Positions 7,901-15,798 of a DNA stretch of 32,000 nucleotides are shown here, one piece after another. The DNA is from Sulfolobus acidocaldarius DSM 639 (GTDB lineage Archaea; Thermoproteota; Thermoprotei_A; Sulfolobales; Sulfolobaceae). Location: NCBI RefSeq assembly GCF_000012285.1, contig NC_007181.1, positions 960,001 to 992,000 of the forward strand, in the 5' to 3' direction. The notes below the pieces were generated by a model. The model saw nothing but the letters and a program-made list of their open reading frames with translations. It ran no database searches and had not been told where the DNA came from. The stretch's first letter is position 1, and each line of letters begins with the position of its first letter. The position numbers and the translations under genes were made by a program.

Positions 7901-9610
7901 CTAACACTGTTGAAGATTTATCATCTTGTCTAGGAATTCCTCTAAAGGTAGAAGTTTGTAATCTTTTCCGCATTTAGCAGGTATCATAATCTTCAATTTT
8001 TCGAAGAGGTTATAGAGTCCTACTACTTTGTCTATATCCAATAATAACGGCAAAGGTCTCAGTACAACCCACACCTCGGTTACCTCATTTGTAATATTCT
8101 CATATTTAATACGCTTATATTTATTGTAAGCGTCAATTATTTCATCACCTGGCTCCTTTTCAATACTCGTCTTAGCATCTATGACTATATTTGAGTCTGA
8201 CACGTAGATATCTGGCACAACTCCTTCAATACGTGTCTCTACATGAATGTTTTCTGGCTTCACTCCTCGTTGTTGTATTAAATATCTTATTGCGACAGCT
8301 TTCATCTCCTTATGGTACTCAGATTCTTTTTCGCCAACTGATTCCACGTCCCACCACGGATAGGAGTTCTTTAGCCATTTACGGCTCTCACTCAATATTT
8401 CCTCAAAACTAGTATTTACATCCTTCATAGAGTCCCATCTATAAAGCACACTTACATCATTAACATTAAACCCTGAAGCGACATAAGCGATTTTCTGAAT
8501 TAGATCTTTGTTTACCTTATATACTTTTATAGGGCTTGGTAAGCCAGCTCCTCGTATAACATCAGCGTCAATAAATATTTTTGAGGGTTGACCACCTATC
8601 GTTTCTCTAAACCTATAATATAGGCATGAGGGCATAATGAGTATGGAAAACTGGTACCCCATAAGTCTTGATTCTAATACCTCCTTTACCTTGTCTTCAT
8701 CTTTATCTTCACGGACTGAACATAAGCTTTTATCTATCTTAAAGATACCAGGGTTACCCATCTGAGTTATATTGCCTAAGTTTATAGTTATTGGGTCAGG
8801 CTTAACTAGTAAACCACTTATTATTGCAATTTCCTCAGCAATCCTTTCTAACGAGTCTTCAATACCACGTTTATTTTCATCATAAACAATTACAATGACA
8901 CCATGTTTGGTCGATAATCCTGAGGAAAATGCACCAAGGAACTCTTTTATATCGTTAAGAATATTTATATCAATCTTTTTCTTAGGCTGAGTTAATGATG
9001 TCCTAACAACTTGAGGAGACTCATAAAGGCTAGGTTGTTCAACTCTCTCTTTTTCTGGACTAGTAGGCATTAAAGACTGTTGTACCCTAACTTTAAGATA
9101 AATTTCAGAATCAATAGAGCTAACTACAACTTGAGGTGGAATTGGGAACTGAAGAGATATTATTTGTGTACGCATAACACTGTCTCTTTTAACGCTAGCG
9201 CTTAGATAGTCTTCCATGTTTAATTCTGATAAAATCACTGATGGTGGAGGAGGAAAGTAAATAGGCACAATATTTGTTTCTCGTCTCTTTTGAACGAGCG
9301 ACGTTAGGTAGTTAGCAGTATCTAGACTTGAAGTGCTAACTTTAGGAGTACTTGGAAACGTTAAGGGTATGATCTTAACCTTTCTCATCTGGTCAAATTT
9401 CTGCTTTTTAACACTGGTTGAGGATTTTACATTTTCGGATGCAGAAAGTGTATTACTTTTTACGTCCTCTGTGCTCTTTACTTCAGGAGAGGTCACCGTA
9501 CTTTTCTCAATCTCCTCATAGTAAGCCTCTTCTTCCCTTCTTTGTTCAGTAGCTTTTTCCCTTTCCTTATCCGTATACATCACCATCCGATCACACTTCG
9601 TGGATCTCAC
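7901..9610 (-). CDS. Uncharacterised 569-aa protein: K/E/S-rich low-complexity N-terminus, three proline-motif repeats, a globular middle region and a C-terminal PD-(D/E)xK nuclease-like domain
   Basis: This is a long ORF. Its start is either GTG 9610, overlapping the upstream gene by 20 nt, or ATG 9586, 4 nt after the upstream stop. The C-terminal pattern is EKESEYHKEMKAVAIRYL..IHVETRIEGVVPDIYVSDSNIVIDAKTS, i.e. E / E / P-D / D-x-K with restriction-endonuclease-fold spacing. The codons for D467 (8210-8212) and D478-A-K480 (8171-8179) were checked on the sequence. Confidence 0.75.
   Translation of the reverse strand: MRSTKCDRMVMYTDKEREKATEQRREEEAYYEEIEKSTVTSPEVKSTEDVKSNTLSASENVKSSTSVKKQKFDQMRKVKIIPLTFPSTPKVSTSSLDTANYLTSLVQKRRETNIVPIYFPPPPSVILSELNMEDYLSASVKRDSVMRTQIISLQFPIPPQVVVSSIDSEIYLKVRVQQSLMPTSPEKERVEQPSLYESPQVVRTSLTQPKKKIDINILNDIKEFLGAFSSGLSTKHGVIVIVYDENKRGIEDSLERIAEEIAIISGLLVKPDPITINLGNITQMGNPGIFKIDKSLCSVREDKDEDKVKEVLESRLMGYQFSILIMPSCLYYRFRETIGGQPSKIFIDADVIRGAGLPSPIKVYKVNKDLIQKIAYVASGFNVNDVSVLYRWDSMKDVNTSFEEILSESRKWLKNSYPWWDVESVGEKESEYHKEMKAVAIRYLIQQRGVKPENIHVETRIEGVVPDIYVSDSNIVIDAKTSIEKEPGDEIIDAYNKYKRIKYENITNEVTEVWVVLRPLPLLLDIDKVVGLYNLFEKLKIMIPAKCGKDYKLLPLEEFLDKMINLQQC
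9077..9379 (-). repeat. Three tandem ~35-aa protein repeats inside the 569-aa ORF
   Basis: The repeats are KIIPLTFPSTPKVSTSSLDTANYLTSLVQK, NIVPIYFPPPPSVILSELNMEDYLSASVKR and QIISLQFPIPPQVVVSSIDSEIYLKVRVQQ. The consensus is I-[IV]-x-[LI]-x-F-P-x-x-P-x-V-x-x-S-x-[LI]-[DN]-x-x-x-Y-L. Confidence 0.8.
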
Positions 9611-10697
9611 GTTTAGGATCTAGCTCCATTATTATGGCATCTTGAGCAGTTGTAAACTTTAGATCATAATATAATAAGAGAGGTATTGAAAATTCTTCGA
9701 GCATTTCTATAAGGGTGTATGTTCTAGACCTATATTTAGCTTTATAAGCTTCACTATACGAATTATCACAAGTGATCTTAGAAGGATTCGATAAGGGTAT
9801 ATGGCACCTAACTGGGTTAGTCCAAAAAGCGAAATCTAATACTTCACTCAGATTTGAAGATGTAATGTAATAGCTAAGTAAAGATTCAAAGTCCTTTTCT
9901 ATGTTTCCATCCAGTCTTATAAACTCAGAACGAAAGTTTCGTAAAAAGTCATATGCCTGTTTATCTAGATCAGTAATATAACGACCTAAAGAGTTATCTG
10001 TGTAGCCATATATTGTATATCTTTCATCATTTAAGAACATCCTCAAAGGAACAACTCCAAATTTCCTAAACACACTATTCCTAATGCTCTTATCGTTCAA
10101 CTTATCATAAGCTTCTAGAAACGCCTTAAGAATATCACCTGTTAAAGAAGTTATGAAAAAAGTCCTAGGGTTATACACTGATGAAAATCTAGCTAGTGAT
10201 TCTAGTAGTTCTTTGAATGTATTAAAAACTCCATTTAAATCGCTTAAGGAAACTCTTTCTACTTCCCTTGGTCTAAAACCACTAGAGATTATAATTCTTT
10301 TAGATAAATCGTTGATTTCCCGGATATAATCTTTTATCGATTTAGAAAGCCGCATCTCCATCGGTTTCTTGCTTATAAGCCTTGCAACAATAGAAGTGCC
10401 TAACTGAAGTGATTGTAAATATGTACTGTAATCCATCGTTAGTCCAATAAAGTCAGCGTAAAACTTTGCACTGCTATTTTTTGTGTAGTCAAAGGAGCCA
10501 TCCTCATTTCTTGTGACACCTCCTAAAAGTATTCTCTTCAAGTTATCATCTAATTTATCATAAGTCAATTTAACAATCCTCTCAACTTGTTGGTATAGAT
10601 TAACAACCTTTGATGTTGTTTCATACACTTTCATTACATCTTCTTGTATGTACTGATCCCATGTTTCGTAATCTATATGAACCAACTCCCCACACAT
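9591..10697 (-). CDS. Uncharacterised 368-aa protein, first gene of the two-gene cassette
   Basis: The long ORF starts at ATG 10697 and has a TATA-like box about 25-30 nt upstream. It has no signal peptide or TM segment, and I recognise no catalytic motif (no P-loop, HEPN, helicase or methylase motifs). Confidence 0.7.
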   Translation of the reverse strand: MCGELVHIDYETWDQYIQEDVMKVYETTSKVVNLYQQVERIVKLTYDKLDDNLKRILLGGVTRNEDGSFDYTKNSSAKFYADFIGLTMDYSTYLQSLQLGTSIVARLISKKPMEMRLSKSIKDYIREINDLSKRIIISSGFRPREVERVSLSDLNGVFNTFKELLESLARFSSVYNPRTFFITSLTGDILKAFLEAYDKLNDKSIRNSVFRKFGVVPLRMFLNDERYTIYGYTDNSLGRYITDLDKQAYDFLRNFRSEFIRLDGNIEKDFESLLSYYITSSNLSEVLDFAFWTNPVRCHIPLSNPSKITCDNSYSEAYKAKYRSRTYTLIEMLEEFSIPLLLYYDLKFTTAQDAIIMELDPKREIHEV

Positions 10698-10720
10698 ATT
10701 CGTATTATTTTCACTTTAGA

Positions 10721-10734
10721 CATATAAATATTTT
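10721..10734 (-). promoter_or_regulatory. TATA-box-like element for the 368-aa/569-aa cassette
   Basis: The minus strand reads AAAATATTTATATG, centred about 30 nt upstream of ATG 10697. This geometry is typical of leaderless Sulfolobales mRNAs. Confidence 0.4.
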
Positions 10735-10904
10735 AATTAAAACTCATTCAGCCAATTAGAGGTCCCTTGTTAAATTAAATAGATTAACTAATTATTAGTC
10801 CTTGTGCTTTAAATGGATGATATGTAGACATAGTGCCGTTATGAAGGTGCTATTTATTATCACGTTTTGTATAAGTATTACCTATGGGTAGGAAGGAGGT
10901 CTAT

Positions 10905-11173
10905 ATGGACATAACTTATAAGAGTACAACAGCCATTACGTCGTTAAGGTCGGTAAGGTTAGGGGAAGACAGGAGTATAAGTGTGTCAATTGTGGTAGGA
11001 AGTTTCTCGAAAATGCTAAGCATAGGTATCATAAGGAGGTTAGGGATTTGGCATTAAAGATGTATTCCAATGGTATGAGAACTAGGACTATAGCAAGGGT
11101 ATTAAATTACGAGGGGGTACTTTGTTCACTTGGATTAAGAGATAATGAAAACAATTTTCATACTTTTCAATAA
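10905..11173 (+). pseudogene. Decayed N-terminal remnant of a transposase gene (zinc-ribbon + HTH, IS1/InsA-like architecture)
   Basis: GGAGGT (10895-10900) precedes ATG 10905. The frame starting at 10922 reads EYNSHYVVKVGKVRGRQEYKCVNCGRKFLENAKHRYHKEVRDLALKMYSNGMRTRTIARVLN. A further shifted frame reads GTLFTWIKR*. Joining these pieces needs at least two frameshifts, the first CxxC appears lost, and no catalytic (DDE) part follows. Confidence 0.6.
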
Positions 11174-11286
11174 CTTACAGTATCTTACCTTCGGGGAGGA
11201 ACAATAGACTTACAGATTGGTGTTTAGACCATTTTACTTTAACTTCCTGATATGTATATATAAACTAGCATGATAAAATATCATTT

Positions 11287-11874
11287 ATGGATCTACTAAG
11301 GATTAAAACTGACACTTATATCAAGGAATATTCGGACATTGAAAAATATATTGAACAATCGTTAGGCGGAAAATTTCCCTATGCGTTAAGTAAAACTAAA
11401 AGAATTATATTGTATGCGATAATAAAGGAGACTACGCCAAAGATTGCTATAGAGACGGGAGTAGGTCCCGGAGTATCATCAACCATAATCCTCTCAGCCT
11501 TACCTGAAGATTCTGTTCTTTACTCTATCGACGTGAGAAATAGGTTAGAAGACGGGAACGAAGTTGGATATATAATTCCACAAAAACTAAGGAAAAAGTG
11601 GAAATTCTTCCTTGGCGAGTCACGTCGTTTTTTACCTAAAATTCTCCAGGAGGTAAATGAGGTGAACTTCTTCCTTCATGATAGTGACCATAGTTATGAA
11701 AATGTGATGTTTGAACTCTCCACTATATGGTATAAGTTAAGTGAAGGTGGAGTGATATTGGTGGATAACTATAGGTTTAGTAATGCGACGATAGATTTTG
11801 TGAGTAGCAAAAAAGCGATATATTCTGAGCTGAGTGATGAAGCTGGAGGACTATTATTGATTTTAAAACCATAG
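11287..11874 (+). CDS. Class I SAM-dependent methyltransferase (small-molecule/O-methyltransferase-like, Methyltransf_24-type)
   Basis: It has the motif I sequence AIETGVGPGVSS, an acidic residue after beta-2 (LYSIDV), and FLHDSDHSYENV typical of this subfamily. There is no [DNS]PP[YFW] DNA-methylase motif. Confidence 0.65.
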   Translation: MDLLRIKTDTYIKEYSDIEKYIEQSLGGKFPYALSKTKRIILYAIIKETTPKIAIETGVGPGVSSTIILSALPEDSVLYSIDVRNRLEDGNEVGYIIPQKLRKKWKFFLGESRRFLPKILQEVNEVNFFLHDSDHSYENVMFELSTIWYKLSEGGVILVDNYRFSNATIDFVSSKKAIYSELSDEAGGLLLILKP

Positions 11875-11892
11875 AGCCAAAATATTTAAACC

Positions 11893-12582
11893 ATGAAACT
11901 AGTTGTAGGAAAATATGTCATAACTACTGACACACAGAACATTGGACAGCTATTAAACATACTGAACACATATAATGTAAAAGCTTTCAATTATAAAGTC
12001 AGGTTTATAGATGGAAAACTGACTGTAAACGTTGTAAAAGGAGATGTTATACTCTCCATAGAAAACTTAAGCCTATCTGAAGCAGAGTCCTTGCTCAAAG
12101 AGTCCACTGACGTAAATTTGAAGGATGACAGGTTTTCAATATTCTTCCACAATATGCCTACTAATCACGATATCATAAATAGACTTGAAAGTATTAAGCT
12201 ACCCTCATGTGTGGTACATTTTTATCGGGATAGAGTTAAGGTGAGAACACTGGACGGAATCTCGTTTGAAGACTCTTTAGACATGGAGGCAACTGAAGCG
12301 TTAAGCCTTATCATAGACAGGATCAAGACTCCCTTAGTTTTAGGTAAAATAAAGAGATATGAACATATGTACTTATACTCTTTGCTGAAGTCGTTCGGCA
12401 TAAGAGATCCTGAACTTATAGACAAGATAATGAGACAAAAATATGAAATAAGGGAGGAGAGGGATAAGAATGAAGTTGTAGTCATGGTCGGTGACTTCAA
12501 GATCAAAAAAGAAGGAGTTTACTTTAAAGATAAAGTAGTTAAAAAGACAGATCTGTATAAGTACTTTACGTCTAATTCTTAG
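11893..12582 (+). CDS. Hypothetical 229-aa protein, probably co-transcribed with the methyltransferase
   Basis: The ORF starts 18 nt after the methyltransferase stop on the same strand. It is soluble and K/E/D-rich, with no recognisable motif. Confidence 0.55.
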   Translation: MKLVVGKYVITTDTQNIGQLLNILNTYNVKAFNYKVRFIDGKLTVNVVKGDVILSIENLSLSEAESLLKESTDVNLKDDRFSIFFHNMPTNHDIINRLESIKLPSCVVHFYRDRVKVRTLDGISFEDSLDMEATEALSLIIDRIKTPLVLGKIKRYEHMYLYSLLKSFGIRDPELIDKIMRQKYEIREERDKNEVVVMVGDFKIKKEGVYFKDKVVKKTDLYKYFTSNS

Positions 12583-12699
12583 CTATTCAATTATTCAGAT
12601 TTAATACAAGAAATGAAAAATAGGAGTTATCCTGTTCAAATTGTAATAACCGCTTAATGCATATTTTTACTCAAATGTTGAAATAAATTGTTAGTTGTG

Positions 12700-14583
12700 C
12701 TAACCCTTATTCGGTCTCCTCATTACCTCAAATTTACTTTTATTTACTCCAGGTGAGATCTTCACGTTACCATTTTCATGGAGAATTTGTGTACCATCAC
12801 CTAATTCTATCTTTCCGCTGTTCCCGTAAACATTCAGTGTGATTAAGCCATTTCCATAGGGTACAACTGAGTTATATCTTAAGAATAATGGGAAATCATG
12901 GTCACTCTCTATCCAGTTCTTTCCCTCATACTCTTCATCAGTCCACCAATTCAACCACTTCCCTTCAGGTAAATAGATCAGCCTTTTGCCTTCCTTATTA
13001 ATTTGTGGAGCGTAAAGCAAGTATTCTCCTACCATATACTGGTCATTTATCTTGAAGGCATTTTCGTCCCTGAAGTAATGATAAGCCAAAGGTCTTATAA
13101 TCGGATGACCTGTTTTAGAAGACTCTCTTGCTAATGCGTTCAGGTATGGTAGGAACTGATATCTCATCTTAATTACTCTCTTAATTTTTTCCTTCCAGTA
13201 ATCTGGTATTGAGTAAATTTCTTGATCACTCCCCCCTTTATCCTTGTGATTTCTGAAAATGGGGAAGAACAGTGCAATTTGGAAATACCTGTATAACAGG
13301 AGGTAGTCAGTTGTCCTACCTATGAATCCACCCAGATCACAGCCCACATATGGCACACCTGAAATTGACAGACCGAGAGTTAATGCAAGCTGAAGAGTTA
13401 AATCACTCCAACTGGTGGTGTTATCACCTGTCCATATAGCAGCATATCTCTGTATTCCTGAGTAACCGGCTCTGCTCAGAACAAAATCTACGGATGGCTT
13501 AGTAGCCATTGCTTGAAATAGAGAATATAGATTATGAACACTCTCATGATATACCTGTGAATTATCGTCTAGTCTATGAATAGCTCTAGGATTGAAGGGC
13601 TTTTTATTAAGAGGAGAAGGTTCATTCATGTCCAACCAAATTCCATCTATGTTGTTCTCTTTAACCCATTTCTCCACTAGGTTTCTCCACCACTCTCTTG
13701 TCTTGGAATTCAGAAAGTCTGGAAATACAGACAAGCCTGGCCATAGTATATCTGCGTAAATAGTCCCATCCTCGTTCTCCACATAGTTACCTAACCCATC
13801 CTTAAATACATGATAGTTTTGATCTAACCTCACACAAGGGTCAACTATAGTTACGACCTTAACCCCTAAGGAGTGAAGTTTTTCAATTAATTCCTTAGGA
13901 GATGGAAATTTTGCTTTATCCCATGTAAACAGTCTATACTTTTCCATATAATCTATGTCGAGATAGATTGCAGACAAGGGTATATCCTCTTCAAGGTGTC
14001 TCCTCACAACCTCCTCTACTGTCTCTTGCGGATAATAGGAGTATCTACTTATCTGGTAACCTAAAGCCCATTCAGGAAGTTCAAACGGTTTTCCTGTTAA
14101 TTCAACATAATGCTCAATTACCTCTTGTACGGAATCTCCCTCGAAGACAAAGAATTCAACACTCTCCTCAGGAATTTTTACTATAATTTTGTCGTATCTC
14201 TCTAACCCCATGTCAAAAACTAGTTTTGAGGGACTATTAAAGAAATATCCTTTTATCGAACTATCCACAAGTATAAAAAACGGTATGCTAACATACAGTG
14301 GGTCAGAATACCAAGTGTAACCATAAGAGTCTGTATTCCACATAGTAACTCTAGTTCTTCTTCTGTCAAGCTCGAACGCTTTTTCACCAAGTCCAAGAAC
14401 GTGGGTCTTTGTATTTAACGGTAGAAGGACGTTTATGGAATGACTTGTAGTATCTTTTGTTACTTCAATATCTGATGGTATCATTTCTGATTGATCTGCC
14501 TTAAAATTAAACTTAATAACTGGATTAGGGTTGTTTATGAGTACCCTTACTACCTTTCCTTTTCTCTCTGCTTTAATCTCCAC
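12700..14583 (-). CDS. malA: GH31 alpha-glucosidase (maltase)
   Basis: The 627-aa ORF has a GTG start, with an in-frame stop 2 codons upstream. It carries the GH31 nucleophile region DGIWLDMNEP plus AIWTGDN and GCDLGGF blocks. It is adjacent to malR and the mal transporter. Confidence 0.9.
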   Translation of the reverse strand: MEIKAERKGKVVRVLINNPNPVIKFNFKADQSEMIPSDIEVTKDTTSHSINVLLPLNTKTHVLGLGEKAFELDRRRTRVTMWNTDSYGYTWYSDPLYVSIPFFILVDSSIKGYFFNSPSKLVFDMGLERYDKIIVKIPEESVEFFVFEGDSVQEVIEHYVELTGKPFELPEWALGYQISRYSYYPQETVEEVVRRHLEEDIPLSAIYLDIDYMEKYRLFTWDKAKFPSPKELIEKLHSLGVKVVTIVDPCVRLDQNYHVFKDGLGNYVENEDGTIYADILWPGLSVFPDFLNSKTREWWRNLVEKWVKENNIDGIWLDMNEPSPLNKKPFNPRAIHRLDDNSQVYHESVHNLYSLFQAMATKPSVDFVLSRAGYSGIQRYAAIWTGDNTTSWSDLTLQLALTLGLSISGVPYVGCDLGGFIGRTTDYLLLYRYFQIALFFPIFRNHKDKGGSDQEIYSIPDYWKEKIKRVIKMRYQFLPYLNALARESSKTGHPIIRPLAYHYFRDENAFKINDQYMVGEYLLYAPQINKEGKRLIYLPEGKWLNWWTDEEYEGKNWIESDHDFPLFLRYNSVVPYGNGLITLNVYGNSGKIELGDGTQILHENGNVKISPGVNKSKFEVMRRPNKG

Positions 14584-14604
14584 ATTATGCTAATTGATTC
14601 TCTA

Positions 14605-14613
14605 ATTTAAATA
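14605..14613 (-). promoter_or_regulatory. TATA box of malA
   Basis: The minus strand reads TATTTAAAT, followed by 21 nt and then GTG 14583. Confidence 0.4.
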
Positions 14614-14710
14614 GTTATCACTATATCAAAATTTTTACTACAATTCATTATTAATTAAGATTTGGAGAGAAAAAAAGATTTAAAAATTCTAACAGAGCTT
14701 TTATATATAG

Positions 14711-15760
14711 ATGTTTGAAGTCAATGATGAGTTTATAGATGCCCTTACAGTATTGGGAATATCGAAGAAAGAAGCTTTAGTTTTTGCTTATCTAACTTAT
14801 AAAGGAGGAGCTACTGCTAAAGAGATGATATCTGACCTTTACATACATCAGCCTCAGCTTTACAATATACTTTTATCCCTAGAGAGGAAAGGTCTAATAT
14901 ATGTTCAGAACAGTAAGCCGAAATTCTACATCCCAGCAAGGTTAAACATAGTATTGGAAAAGATAGACCAAGAGCAGACAAAGAGAAAACATGTTATTCT
15001 GGAACAGATCAAAAAGCTTGAAACTAATCACAGGAAATCTCAGGGAATGATGTGGATGACAAAGAGCACTGAAAACGTATTGAACAACTGTATATCTGTT
15101 ATTACGAGTGCTAAAAATGAGTTATACGTTGAAATTCCTAATAACTACCTTCAGAAGCTAATCAGCTACATTATTAAGGTTGCAGAGTCAGGCGTGAAAA
15201 CTTATCTAAATATTTATCCTAATGTGGATGAGTTTCTAGTGAACAAGTTATTGGAAAGTAAAGTGATGGAAGTAAAGGTACATTCTTTAGGACACTTTTT
15301 CTTGGTATCTGCTGATGCAGAGGAAAGCGTGTTTATGCCGAGAGTCATGAGCCTCTCGACGAATCCTAACATTTACAGTTATGTCTTTAGAGACTCGACA
15401 ATGAGTCTTTTCTTCATTCACTACTATTTCGAAGGATGGAGGACATCTAGGACTGTTTACAGGAAAGCTGTGACACAAAGTGATTTCCCTATGATATTTA
15501 GTGCCCATAGATTTGCTACATGGGAGATCATGAAGGCTAAAGAGCAGGGATTAAGATTAAAGGTAAAGGTGGATGGTGTAATAACCAGGACAGGAGAAAA
15601 TGTTGAGTTATTTGGTTATCCCAATAACGTTAATATCAGTAGTGAAGTGATTAATTTCGAATTAGTAGAGGAAAGGAGTGGTAGGAGTTACCTCATAGGA
15701 GGAGATAATGCACTCGTGGAGGACGTCTCAGCTGAAAAAATAGAAGTTTATACTCAATAA
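14711..15760 (+). CDS. malR: TrmB-family sugar-responsive transcription regulator (maltose regulon activator MalR)
   Basis: The N-terminal TrmB-type winged HTH is LGISKKEALVFAYLTYKGGATAKEMISDLYIHQPQLYNILLSLERKGLIYV. The C-terminal sugar-binding-type domain gives a length of 349 aa. The gene is divergent from malA and next to the mal transporter, as in the S. acidocaldarius mal regulon (from memory). Confidence 0.85.
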   Translation: MFEVNDEFIDALTVLGISKKEALVFAYLTYKGGATAKEMISDLYIHQPQLYNILLSLERKGLIYVQNSKPKFYIPARLNIVLEKIDQEQTKRKHVILEQIKKLETNHRKSQGMMWMTKSTENVLNNCISVITSAKNELYVEIPNNYLQKLISYIIKVAESGVKTYLNIYPNVDEFLVNKLLESKVMEVKVHSLGHFFLVSADAEESVFMPRVMSLSTNPNIYSYVFRDSTMSLFFIHYYFEGWRTSRTVYRKAVTQSDFPMIFSAHRFATWEIMKAKEQGLRLKVKVDGVITRTGENVELFGYPNNVNISSEVINFELVEERSGRSYLIGGDNALVEDVSAEKIEVYTQ

Positions 15761-15798
15761 AAAAGATTTTTTACCTTATATTTTAGTTATAAATTATG

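Noticed and set aside
8903-8935. A possible P-loop (GAFSSGLSTKHG) followed by VIVIVYDE in the 569-aa protein
   Set aside because: It does not fit GxxxxGK[ST], because the Lys is misplaced and no G-K-S/T is present. I do not call an ATPase domain.
10905-11057. A 50-codon ATG-initiated ORF with a good SD in the transposase remnant
   Set aside because: Its translation (MDITYKSTTAITSLRSVRLGEDRSISV..) is the out-of-frame reading of the decayed zinc-ribbon gene. The recognisable protein sequence is in the neighbouring frame, so it is treated as part of the pseudogene.
11287-11874. The methyltransferase as the modification half of a restriction-modification pair with the nuclease-like protein
   Set aside because: It has no [DNS]PP[YFW] or other DNA-methylase catalytic motif. 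Its motifs match small-molecule/O-methyltransferase subfamilies. The gene is also divergent from the cassette and separated from it by the IS relic.
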